Origin: Candidatus Borrarchaeum weybense
GTDB taxonomy: Archaea; Asgardarchaeota; Sifarchaeia; Borrarchaeales; Borrarchaeaceae
DNA length: 64,000 bases
NCBI GenBank assembly: GCA_019057385.1
Contig: JAHQJS010000006.1
Span: 352,001-416,000 of the forward strand
Direction: 5' to 3'
Part shown: piece by piece, positions 20,276 through 29,618 of the stretch
How the letters are laid out: every line of letters begins with the position of its first letter
Position numbering within the stretch: position 1 is the stretch's first letter
The notes under the pieces: model-generated
Seen by the model: only the letters and a program-made list of their open reading frames with translations
Told to the model about the DNA's origin: nothing
Databases searched by the model: none
Translations under genes and position numbers: made by a program

Positions 20276-20728
20276 ATGGGTAAACTTGAAGATTATGAAC
20301 TTCCAGATGACCTATATTATACAACTGAACATTCTTGGGCAAAAGTAGAAGGAGATTCTGTCGTGGTCGGCGTAACCGATTTTGCGCAGGCTATGGCTGA
20401 AAAGATTCAGGCTGTGCAATTACCTTTTGAAGGCGAGTCAGTAGAGTTCATGAAACCTTTTGGAACACTAGAAAGCGGCAAGTGGACAGGCAAGATTTAT
20501 GCCCCAGTCTCAGGTGAAGTTACTGCGTTCAATGAAGGATTGTGGGATGATGCCTCACTTGTCAACAATGATCCCTACGGCGAAGGTTGGATGGTCAAAA
20601 TTACTCCATCCAATTTGGATGAAGATCTTTCAAAACTTATGAAGGGTGGCACGGACGAATTTGTTCAATGGCAACTTGCCGAAATTGAGCGTGTAAAGAA
20701 GGAAGTAGAGGAATCAAAGAAGGAATAG
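20276..20728 (+). CDS. gcvH: Lipoyl carrier protein (glycine cleavage H / LbpA-like)
   Basis: HSWAK, VGVTDFAQ, LESGKWTG (lipoyl Lys), APVSGEV, NNDPYGEGW. Confidence 0.93.
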   Translation: MGKLEDYELPDDLYYTTEHSWAKVEGDSVVVGVTDFAQAMAEKIQAVQLPFEGESVEFMKPFGTLESGKWTGKIYAPVSGEVTAFNEGLWDDASLVNNDPYGEGWMVKITPSNLDEDLSKLMKGGTDEFVQWQLAEIERVKKEVEESKKE

Positions 20729-20731
20729 AAT

Positions 20732-21271
20732 TTGGAAAACGAAAAGGTAGTAAAGATTTCAGATCTAGACTTGAGCCTCGCAGAGGAATTCATCGAGGAC
20801 ATGTCATTTGATCTCTTTGCTTGCTATCAGTGTGGCACATGCACTGGTAGCTGTCCTGTAGCACGGTTCGGTGGCGAAGAATTCAGTCCGAGAAATATCA
20901 TTCGGCTTATCATGTTGGGGGATCGAGAAGCAGTATTGCGCAATCCGCTCATTTGGTTGTGCACAGGCTGTTATGTATGCGAGGAACGTTGCCCTCAAGA
21001 TGTAAAACCTCCAAAGATCATCGTTCATCTCAGGAACATTGCGGCTAAGGAGAACATTATACCAAGCGTATGGTCAGATATCGCAGCCAATATCTTAACA
21101 TTTGGTCTTATGAACGAGATTGGGGAGTTCGAGAACAAAGTCCGTAAAACTCGTTTCAAACTTCCTGAACTACCAACTCCTGACGCTGATACAATGCGAA
21201 AACTCGCTGAAAAGATTAAGTTTGACAGATTAGTCCATTATAAACATCCTGAAGAAGAAACTGGTGAATAA
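20732..21271 (+). CDS. hdrC: Heterodisulfide reductase subunit C
   Basis: CYQCGTCTGSCP and WLCTGCYVCEERCPQDV. Confidence 0.93.
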   Translation: MENEKVVKISDLDLSLAEEFIEDMSFDLFACYQCGTCTGSCPVARFGGEEFSPRNIIRLIMLGDREAVLRNPLIWLCTGCYVCEERCPQDVKPPKIIVHLRNIAAKENIIPSVWSDIAANILTFGLMNEIGEFENKVRKTRFKLPELPTPDADTMRKLAEKIKFDRLVHYKHPEEETGE

Positions 21272-21273
21272 AA

Positions 21274-22161
21274 GTGAAGTACGCTCTTTTTCTAGGTTGT
21301 ACAATTCCCGAAAAAATGAACGGCTACGAAGCCTCTTCCCGCGTGGTCGCAAGGGAACTTGGGGTAGAACTGATCGATCTCCCTAATTCAGGATGTTGTG
21401 GTTCTCCTATCGTTCGTTCAATGGACGAACAATATTGGACGTTATTGGCAGCTAGAATTTTAGCTACAGCCGAAGAAATGGGCTTGGATCTTTGCTGTTT
21501 ATGCAACGGCTGCGTAGGCTCAATCATGCATGCAAATGAGTACTTGAAGAAGGATAAAATCGCAAGGGAACGTATTAACGATATTCTGTCAGACTTTGAT
21601 CTAGAATATAAAGGCACACTTGAAGTGAAACATCTTCTCAAAATTCTTTATGAGGATGTTGGACTTTCACGAATAAAGGAACACCTTGAGATACCGTTTA
21701 AAGACGGGCTTAAGATTGGGGCATACTATGGATGTCACATGCTTCGCCCTTCTGAGCTTACGCACCATGGAGACCCCGAGCGACCTACGCATATGGATGA
21801 AATCATAAATCTTACGGGAGCTATTGCATCAGATTATGAGGGGAAAATATCCTGCTGTGGAGCCCCCGTCTTAAGTAATGCCCCGGAGATCGCTTGGCGT
21901 CTGACACATCGTATCATATCTACTGCGCACGACGCAGACCTTAAGGGTCTCATAACAATATGCCCATTTTGCTCTCTTAGCCTCGATTTAAATCAGATCA
22001 AGGTTAAAGAACTCTGGGAACTTGACTATGATATCCCTGTTCTTCACCTACCGCAACTGTTGGGACTTTCAATGGGCTATGGGGTCAGAGAACTTGGCAT
22101 ATTTGAAAACAGAGTTAAGAGTGCGATGAAATTCCCTCGATTTCTTTTAAAAAATGAATGA
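21274..22161 (+). CDS. hdrB: Heterodisulfide reductase subunit B
   Basis: YALFLGC, CCG, CNGC, YYGCHMLRP, CCG, CPFC. Confidence 0.94.
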   Translation: MKYALFLGCTIPEKMNGYEASSRVVARELGVELIDLPNSGCCGSPIVRSMDEQYWTLLAARILATAEEMGLDLCCLCNGCVGSIMHANEYLKKDKIARERINDILSDFDLEYKGTLEVKHLLKILYEDVGLSRIKEHLEIPFKDGLKIGAYYGCHMLRPSELTHHGDPERPTHMDEIINLTGAIASDYEGKISCCGAPVLSNAPEIAWRLTHRIISTAHDADLKGLITICPFCSLSLDLNQIKVKELWELDYDIPVLHLPQLLGLSMGYGVRELGIFENRVKSAMKFPRFLLKNE

Positions 22162-22205
22162 TAGAAGCATAGCCTTATCAAATACTTAAAATATGTGATT
22201 AACTC

Positions 22206-23450
22206 ATGATCGAATTTGAGCGAAGTCTAGAGTTTGCAAAAGAACTGGACTTGGCGGATCCATTAGCTAAATTTCGAGCAATGTTCCACTATCCCAACTC
22301 CATAATCTATTTTTGTGGCAACTCATTAGGTCTTCAACCAAAAACAGCAAGAACTGAAATAGATAGAATCCTAAAGACATGGGAGGAGATTGGTGTTGAA
22401 GGATGGTTTCATGGGTCAAAAAACTGGTTTTCCTATTCAGATGATTTAGTAAACAGCTTGGCACGAATTATAGGTGCACATCCAGAAGAAGTTTCAATAA
22501 TGAACTCTTTGACTGTCAATCTTCATCTTCTTCTAGTAAGTTTTTACCGTCCTACTTCAGACAGACACCGAATATTGATTGAAGAACATGCTTTTCCAAG
22601 TGATCAATATGCTTTAAAATCCCAAATCCGTTTTCATGGCTATGACGTTAATGATTCTCTACTAGAAGTTAAGGCAAGAGCTGGTGAACATACGCTTAGG
22701 ACAGAAGACATTATTGAAGCAATAGATGAATCTATCGCCTTAGTCCTTTTTTCTGGAATCAACTATCTTACTGGTCAAGCATTTGACATGGAAGCCATCA
22801 CTAAAGCTGCCCATGCAAAAGGGGCAGCTGTTGGCTTTGATCTTGCACATGCAGTAGGAAATATCCCTCTTGAATTGCATGATTGGAATGTAGATTTTGC
22901 CGTTTGGTGTAATTACAAGTATCTTAACGCTGGTCCTGGTGGAATAAGTGCCTGTTTTATACATAAAAACAACTTTGAGAAAGATCTCCCTCGATTTGAT
23001 GGCTGGTGGGGTGGGGAACGTGAGACAATGTTCCTAATGGAGCCAAATATCAACCCAGCGCTTGGAGCTTCCGGTTGGCAAATAAGTACTCATCCTGTGC
23101 TTTTATTAGCAAGTTTGAAAGCAGCGTTAGACGTTTGGGATAAGTTAGAGGACCTCTCCCTATTTTATAAGAAAAGAGATTTGTTAACTGGCTACTTAGA
23201 ATTCTTGATAAAAGAACTAGGTCCTGAAAATTACGAGATAATTACCCCTTCAAAAGCTAATGAGCGAGGATGCCAACTCTCAATTCGAACTCTCAAAAAT
23301 GGTAAAAAATTATTTAATACATTGATAGATCGGGGGGTAACCGTTGATTGGAGGGAGCCTGATATAATCCGTGTTGCCCCCAATCCTTTGTACAATACAT
23401 TTGAAGAAGTTTTTTTGTTTGCTGAGATACTTGCAGAAGCAGTACAATGA
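22206..23450 (+). CDS. kynU: Kynureninase
   Basis: YFCGNSLGLQP, AFPSDQY, DLAHAVGN, WCNYKYLNAGPG, RGCQLS, DWREP. Confidence 0.95.
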   Translation: MIEFERSLEFAKELDLADPLAKFRAMFHYPNSIIYFCGNSLGLQPKTARTEIDRILKTWEEIGVEGWFHGSKNWFSYSDDLVNSLARIIGAHPEEVSIMNSLTVNLHLLLVSFYRPTSDRHRILIEEHAFPSDQYALKSQIRFHGYDVNDSLLEVKARAGEHTLRTEDIIEAIDESIALVLFSGINYLTGQAFDMEAITKAAHAKGAAVGFDLAHAVGNIPLELHDWNVDFAVWCNYKYLNAGPGGISACFIHKNNFEKDLPRFDGWWGGERETMFLMEPNINPALGASGWQISTHPVLLLASLKAALDVWDKLEDLSLFYKKRDLLTGYLEFLIKELGPENYEIITPSKANERGCQLSIRTLKNGKKLFNTLIDRGVTVDWREPDIIRVAPNPLYNTFEEVFLFAEILAEAVQ

Positions 23451-23522
23451 TTTCATCACTTGTTGATTGTTCCTGTAAAAGGTAGCGGGATAACCTAAGA
23501 GAAAGTTTGTAAGGCGCTATCC

Positions 23523-23999
23523 TCACTCTTCTGTTTTGAATACATATTCACCATAAGGATCCCCAGCACACATTGCTTTAGGACGTTCCCATTTAGCCTT
23601 TGGGTTTATGGTCTTACAAACAATATCTACAAAGGGTAAGACCCAATCGCTGAGATCTTTGTACGAAGTTTTAAACGGAGACTTTGTGACTTTAACTCTA
23701 GCAATTGTTTTAGACCGCTCAAGCCAAGTATATTCGTACCCACAGAGCTCATACCAGATGTCCCACCACTTTGCCCATGCTTCAGCATCATTGCCCTCTA
23801 TTTTGAAAGCTGCTAGAAACGTGGCGGTAAGATTCTTTATTCTATCCTCCATTTTGCAGAGCCTTTCATATACTTTAAGTGCTGTAGCTGCACCGCATTC
23901 CTCGCGGATTGCATATAGATAGCCTTTATGGATGGAGATATAGGCTCTGATAGCAAAATCGTATTTTAGTTCCAAAGGTATCATTATTTTCTTATCCAT
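23523..23999 (-). CDS. V4R/ATC-hydrolase-like small ligand-binding fold protein
   Basis: C-terminal INP...KAMCAGDPYGEYVF pattern. Confidence 0.6.
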   Translation of the reverse strand: MDKKIMIPLELKYDFAIRAYISIHKGYLYAIREECGAATALKVYERLCKMEDRIKNLTATFLAAFKIEGNDAEAWAKWWDIWYELCGYEYTWLERSKTIARVKVTKSPFKTSYKDLSDWVLPFVDIVCKTINPKAKWERPKAMCAGDPYGEYVFKTEE

Positions 24000-24086
24000 A
24001 GTTTCCTCATCTCCCTTCGACTGAGTAATTTTTTAGCGCCCCTTACTATGATGTCAAAAAATCCGATACCTGTGAACATGAATTAT

Positions 24087-24160
24087 TGGGCTCTGCTTCG
24101 TCGCGAGTTCTTCATAGTCAGCATCATGACTCCGATTGGGACGGCGTGCATCATCACCCA
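24087..24160 (-). ncRNA. Candidate box C/D guide sRNA (~74 nt)
   Basis: Minus strand: TGG-GTGATGA(C)...CTGA(D')-CT-ATGAAGA(C')-13 nt-CAGA(D)-GCCCA; terminal TGGG/CCCA stem; TATA-like TTTTTAAG about 25 nt upstream. Confidence 0.65.
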
Positions 24161-24300
24161 CTATATATTGTATCTTAATCTTAAAAATGTATTTTTTCAG
24201 ATTATTTCACGCTTTTCTGTGTATACGAGCTACCATCAGTATCAATAAAACGAAAAAACAAGTATTTTTCTCTTCTAAGAACTTGTAAAATAAAAAGATT

Positions 24301-24840
24301 TTATGAGAAATACGAAAATGAGGAGTCCATCTCATCAACGCTTGAATAGTCATCACTGAGACTTGACGGGTGGCTTGCAGTTTTAAACCAGTTGATCAGC
24401 TGTTCTTCATTCGTTTCTGTTATAACTTTATTCTTTTTAAGAAGTTCTTTGAAGGTTCTCTCTCTTATAGGGATCGGTAATCTAACGCCTGTCCTTTTTT
24501 TGACTTCCCAACGCAATTTAGAAAGTACATAGCGAACAGGGAACTTCTTCAAGCGTTTACTGATTTCTTCGCGCTCCATGATTCCCAATTTGATAGATTC
24601 CTGTATAACCCTTTCATTATCGCACATTGTATTAACAAAGCAGTCTTCATGAATTACATGATGACCCTGTACCACAATAACGTTGCTAATAGAAACTTTT
24701 TCACCGCACAGAATACATCGCAACTTGACGCCATCCCTTAATGCCTGCGAAATCAACTCTGAAATTACTGTGTATGGTTCTAAGCTAATAAAAGGATCAT
24801 GATTACAGGGCAGAGGATCTTCATATTCATCTTCCATCAA
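24301..24840 (-). CDS. Hypothetical protein with a C-x2-C-x18-H-x2-C zinc finger
   Basis: CILC...HEDCF. Confidence 0.65.
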   Translation of the reverse strand: MMEDEYEDPLPCNHDPFISLEPYTVISELISQALRDGVKLRCILCGEKVSISNVIVVQGHHVIHEDCFVNTMCDNERVIQESIKLGIMEREEISKRLKKFPVRYVLSKLRWEVKKRTGVRLPIPIRERTFKELLKKNKVITETNEEQLINWFKTASHPSSLSDDYSSVDEMDSSFSYFS

Positions 24841-25019
24841 ATTTCCACTCCGTGCTTTCTCAAACGAAACAAAGAATATATTCGTGTTTTAAATACGTTT
24901 CCAAATAAACACTATTTCAATAAAACCTATTTCGTAATCCCTAAATCTTACACTTTACGACAACAAAAAAACCTTTGGGCAACTATTTTAATGCGAATAT
25001 TCAAAGAACCTTTGAGCAA

Positions 25020-25652
25020 CTATTTTTCCCCGGTCGCCCCCAAGAACATTAGGAATGTGTCATACATCTTTTTAATGCGAATATTCCTGAAATGTGCCAG
25101 TTGAAAGAATCGATACAAATCGTCTACGCCCATTGGGTTTTCATCTTCCCAGATCCACTCTTTCCCAAATTTTTTGTATCCGTAGTTGAGAATCCCTAGC
25201 AATCCAGCGCGATAGGGCACTATGGCAAGTACCTTACCTTTCGGTTTAACAACTCGTCTCATCTCTGCTAATGCTAAGCTTGGTTTTTCAAAATGTTCTA
25301 GCAAACCAACGCTCCATACCGCATCAAAAGTGTTCTCGCTAAACGGTAAGTTGAATGCATCCGTCACAACGAATTTAGCAAGTGGATTTTGAGCAGAATA
25401 TTTCTTGGCTAATTGCAAGGCAGAGGCTGAAAAATCAGCACCAATTACATCTATACCTTTTACACGTATTTTCAGCGAGCATTGCGCAGTGCCACATCCT
25501 ACTTCTAAAATTAAGCCTTTGATTCGCTTTCTAGCAAAACGTGCAAATGTAGAGGAGAAATAATGCTCCCTTAAAAAGTAGATAAGCGAATGAAGAGTAG
25601 ACTGGCGAACATGTTGTTTTTCCCAGACTGAGTCCCATGTATCCTTACTCAT
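25020..25652 (-). CDS. Class I SAM-dependent methyltransferase
   Basis: ILEVGCGTA, GADFS, DAFNLPF, FDAV, LLEH. Confidence 0.92.
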   Translation of the reverse strand: MSKDTWDSVWEKQHVRQSTLHSLIYFLREHYFSSTFARFARKRIKGLILEVGCGTAQCSLKIRVKGIDVIGADFSASALQLAKKYSAQNPLAKFVVTDAFNLPFSENTFDAVWSVGLLEHFEKPSLALAEMRRVVKPKGKVLAIVPYRAGLLGILNYGYKKFGKEWIWEDENPMGVDDLYRFFQLAHFRNIRIKKMYDTFLMFLGATGEK

Positions 25653-25668
25653 TAAAAATCCTCAGAAC

Positions 25669-26370
25669 TTATTTGCCTAATAATTGCCTAAATACTACTC
25701 GAAGATAGCCTGGGCCAACTTTGAAATATCGTAACTTAGAAGTCCCTCCTCCTCTCCTATGATAATGAATTGGAACCTCTATAACCCTAAAATCCTTTTT
25801 GTAAATTTTTAGATGAATTTCTGGATGTATTTCAAATCCTTCAGATTTAAGTTCTACTTTTTCTATTGCCTTCTGTCTCATAGCACGAAATCCCGTCGTT
25901 AAATCATTTACAAAAGTCCGCAAGAAGAGCTTGCTTAATACATTATATAAGCCACTTATGATAATTCGGGATCGAGGCATGTCTGCCCTCCCTCCCTTCA
26001 TATAACGAGATCCGATAACCAAGTCTGCTCCGTTTTTAATTCCTTGAATGAGCTTAGGAATTTCTTTAGGATCGTGTGAGAAGTCCCCATCCATTGTAAT
26101 AATAACATCATTGTTTTTCGCAGCCTTGATTCCCTCTCGCAATGTTAAACCGACGCCACACACTCCATCCGCTCGGAAAACCGGCGTAAGGTTTGTCATC
26201 TTCTTTGACAATTCTTTGAGAATAGTAGTTGTGTTATCATTACTATTATCATCAACGATTATTATTTGATTTTGAATCTTTAATTGACGCAATACATTAT
26301 CTATATCGTTCACAAGTTTTTCTATGTTTTCTTCTTCGTTATGCGCAGGAACTACGACCGCAACCTTCAT
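25669..26370 (-). CDS. GT2 glycosyltransferase, polyprenol-phosphate hexosyltransferase (DPM1-like)
   Basis: VVPAHNEE, VDDNSND, MDGDFSH, GSRY, DLTTGFR. Confidence 0.92.
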   Translation of the reverse strand: MKVAVVVPAHNEEENIEKLVNDIDNVLRQLKIQNQIIIVDDNSNDNTTTILKELSKKMTNLTPVFRADGVCGVGLTLREGIKAAKNNDVIITMDGDFSHDPKEIPKLIQGIKNGADLVIGSRYMKGGRADMPRSRIIISGLYNVLSKLFLRTFVNDLTTGFRAMRQKAIEKVELKSEGFEIHPEIHLKIYKKDFRVIEVPIHYHRRGGGTSKLRYFKVGPGYLRVVFRQLLGK

Positions 26371-26535
26371 TAATGTCTTCTCCAGAAGAAATCAAGCGTA
26401 AATTCTCTTTTTCTACTCCAATGTCGTCCTATAGATTAAGAACAATTAGATAATGTCGTCTCTTTTAACTTAATCGGTGTGAGTTCTTTTCAAAAAAGAA
26501 GTTTGTTCAGTTAAGAAAGAGAAAAGGAAATGACA

Positions 26536-27258
26536 TTACATCAATTTAATCTCTTCATATGAACGGATCAGTCTAGGAAGTATTTCAAAAACTTTTTTTA
26601 CTGCTGGAACAACTTTAAATCGCTGGGAATTCCAATCTGCTTCAATTAAGCCGCGCCATTCAAGCCAGTATAATCTAAGTTTTGTTTTATATCTACCTAA
26701 CTCGACCATGTCTGCAATTTGCTCTAAAGCATTGTTCTCAGTACCAATACGATCGATTATACGCAGTAATGAACTTGCACGTAGAATGTTAATCAACAAA
26801 AGTATGAGAAGCGGTCTCATCATGCCATTGCCTGTCTTGGCTGAAATTGGTATGATCGGATATCCAGTAAGTCCTAGAAGCCCTCTTATTTCTTCACCGC
26901 TCTTTGCCCCAGGTAAATCTTGTTTATTAGCTGCTATCACGCAGGGAATTGATGCAACAATCTGTATTTCTTGCATCTCTTGCCAGATTTCATTGAAATT
27001 TTCGATATTAGGATTTGCGGAATCTACCATGAAAATCATGCCGTCAGCCCCTTCAGATAAGATTTGCCGCAAAATCGAGAACCTGACAAGTCCAGGCGTT
27101 CCAAAGAGAAAAGCTGGAATGCCTAAAACATCTACTGTCCCATGGTCAAGAGCAACTGTGGTTCCTGACTTATCTAACGAAATAGCTGATTCTTTGGCAA
27201 GTGATTGTACAAGGGTAGATTTCCCAGAACTGAACGCGCCCGTTATAATTATCTTCAT
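26536..27258 (-). CDS. MglA/ATP_bind_1-like small GTPase with C-terminal helical/winged-helix-like extension
   Basis: GAFSSGKS, TTVALDHG, LFGTPG, ANKQD, ISAK. Confidence 0.85.
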   Translation of the reverse strand: MKIIITGAFSSGKSTLVQSLAKESAISLDKSGTTVALDHGTVDVLGIPAFLFGTPGLVRFSILRQILSEGADGMIFMVDSANPNIENFNEIWQEMQEIQIVASIPCVIAANKQDLPGAKSGEEIRGLLGLTGYPIIPISAKTGNGMMRPLLILLLINILRASSLLRIIDRIGTENNALEQIADMVELGRYKTKLRLYWLEWRGLIEADWNSQRFKVVPAVKKVFEILPRLIRSYEEIKLM

Positions 27259-27763
27259 ATATGTCTCCCTTCAGCTAATTGTGTTATCTACAGTGATGCC
27301 TCTTTTTATCTATTGTGGAAAACATTATCACCAATATGTTAAAGCTGACTCTTTTGCTTGTTTCTTTTTTAGAGGTCTTTTTGTCATCATTACATCAAGC
27401 TAAACTGCAAAAATTAATAAATTCTCATTCTTCCTGAGGTTTTGTAACTCAAGTCCCTCATTCATGCTTGATTCTAGTTTGGAATTTTATAATCTGTAAT
27501 ATTAGTTAATTTCTCTTACTAATTATGTTCAATAGTTTAACCGACGTTATTTGTTTTTGTCATTTTTGAAAGTTCTTTATCATTCTGTTGTGGACAAATG
27601 TCTTCTCAGGGGTTGCTTATTCTATACACTTTGTTCGTTATGTAAACTCGCTTGCCATTAACTATTTATATAAGAAACGATCAGATATTTGCCAATTTCC
27701 TAAAACATACACATTGTTTTACAAATATAAAAGAAAATAAAAATTTAAAAATTGGGGAAAACT

Positions 27764-29392
27764 ATGTCGAAAACTTTTGCGCGTGATGCAACTGGACTTG
27801 TTCGAGAGATTGGTTGGTTTACAGCTATGACAACTGTTATGTGCTACGTTATCGGCGGTGGTATCAATTTACACTCAGTTAGAGATTTCCCGGGTGCTGG
27901 ATGGGGGGCTAATATTCCACTAGGCTTTGCAATCGGGGCTATCCCAGCGGTTTGTACTGCATGGGCATTTGCACTTATGGCGACTTCTATGCCACGTTCT
28001 GGCGGTCCTTACGTGTGGGTATCCAGAGTTCTGGGTCCATACGCAGGTTTCCTCGCCTCATGGGCGTGGTGGTTTGGTACAGCTACAGCTTACGGCTCAT
28101 TAGCGGTTTGGGACGTCTGGTTCTGGGGATTATGTCTACAGTTAGCAGGCGCATCCACAAACAGTAGTGCTACCTATGATGCAGGAACCGTTTTGGCTAA
28201 TAATCCTGTCGCATGGATTGTTGTAGGTCTTGTTATATTAATCATATTCTGGGCTCTGGCGATATTAGGTGTTGACATTTACGGTAAAGTGCTAAACGCC
28301 ATGTTCATCGTCGCTGTCATTGGAAGCTTCATCACAATGGGTGTATATGCGGCTGCAGCAGCCGGAGGCGGAGAAGCCGCAATGGCAACGGCTTGGAACG
28401 CCAGCCCGTTCGGAAATCCCACAACTCAGTTCTACTATGCTAGCTATGACCAGGTAATGGCCGCCGGAGCACCAGGATGGACCGCTCCATTCTCATGGTC
28501 AGCGACGCTTACATTCATGGCGGTCGGTGCAATATGGGCTTATATCGGTTATACTGCAACCGCCTTCATTGGTGGTGAAGTAAAGACACCAAAGAGGAAC
28601 ATGCTCATTGGTCTAGGCTTAGGTACAGTCCTTATCGCAGTATATTATGTCACAATTTCACAACTAATGTACGGATCAGTCGGAAACTTCGTGAAAGCCT
28701 ACGCGTACTGTGATGCCAATAGCATCGTAATAAACGGGAATTCTCCTAGCGTAAAGGCATTGTTACCAACATTTGCGGCGATTTTAGTGCATGGAAATCC
28801 TGCCGTAGCTGTGTACATAGCAATTACAGGCGCTATTTGGCTGGCCAACGATATTCCGCCATTTTTGATCACAAGCAGCAGAACGCTGTTTGCTTGGGCG
28901 TTTGACAGAGCGTTTCCGCTAAGATTTGCGGAGGTAAGCGATCGTTGGCACAGTCCGGTCTGGGCTGTTAATTTAACGGCCTTCTTAGGTATCCTAGGAG
29001 TCTTCCAAACGACGGGTGAAGACATGGGTGTTACACCTATTCTAGGAACTTGGTTTGCCGTGGTAGCAACGCAGACATTCATGGACGTCGTCATGATGTG
29101 GACTGGATGTCTAACAGCCATGATGTTACCGTACCTGCGAAAAGATCTATTCGAGAAGGGTGCAGCGTTCAAAATTGGACCATTACCGCTTTTAGCGGCC
29201 TTAGGGTTCATCGGATTTATCGCTAATACATACGTCCTCGTAGTAAGTGCAGGCGCTCTAATACCCGGTGGTGTGCCCGTGCTCATGGTGTGGTTCACGC
29301 TCTCGATCCTAGTATGGCTCTATATGCAAACTAAAAACAGAGAGATGGGTATCGATGTCGATACAATATACGCAGAGATCCCGCCTGAATAG
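27764..29392 (+). CDS. APC-family amino acid/polyamine permease
   Basis: FARDATGLVRE start, MPRSGGPY, GGEVK, SRTLFAWAFDR; many TM helices. Confidence 0.92.
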   Translation: MSKTFARDATGLVREIGWFTAMTTVMCYVIGGGINLHSVRDFPGAGWGANIPLGFAIGAIPAVCTAWAFALMATSMPRSGGPYVWVSRVLGPYAGFLASWAWWFGTATAYGSLAVWDVWFWGLCLQLAGASTNSSATYDAGTVLANNPVAWIVVGLVILIIFWALAILGVDIYGKVLNAMFIVAVIGSFITMGVYAAAAAGGGEAAMATAWNASPFGNPTTQFYYASYDQVMAAGAPGWTAPFSWSATLTFMAVGAIWAYIGYTATAFIGGEVKTPKRNMLIGLGLGTVLIAVYYVTISQLMYGSVGNFVKAYAYCDANSIVINGNSPSVKALLPTFAAILVHGNPAVAVYIAITGAIWLANDIPPFLITSSRTLFAWAFDRAFPLRFAEVSDRWHSPVWAVNLTAFLGILGVFQTTGEDMGVTPILGTWFAVVATQTFMDVVMMWTGCLTAMMLPYLRKDLFEKGAAFKIGPLPLLAALGFIGFIANTYVLVVSAGALIPGGVPVLMVWFTLSILVWLYMQTKNREMGIDVDTIYAEIPPE

Positions 29393-29618
29393 CGATAGCA
29401 CCAGCCTAGCTTAATCTCTCTTTTTCTCTTTTTTTATTCTTACGCAGCTAAAACGAATCTATAATACTCTGTTTTTTGCCCATTAAACTCAACTTTCCTT
29501 ATCGAAAAACATTTTAAAAAAACTGTATTATTAGAGGATGAATTCGTAAAAGGTGCAACAAGTACTCAAGATAACTGACACAATGAACATAAGAATTGAC
29601 CTATATGGAGGTAGTAAC

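Noticed and set aside
26708-27403. Long antisense ORFs such as 26708..27403, 28699..29298 and 47606..48178
   Set aside because: Shadows of well-supported genes on the opposite strand.
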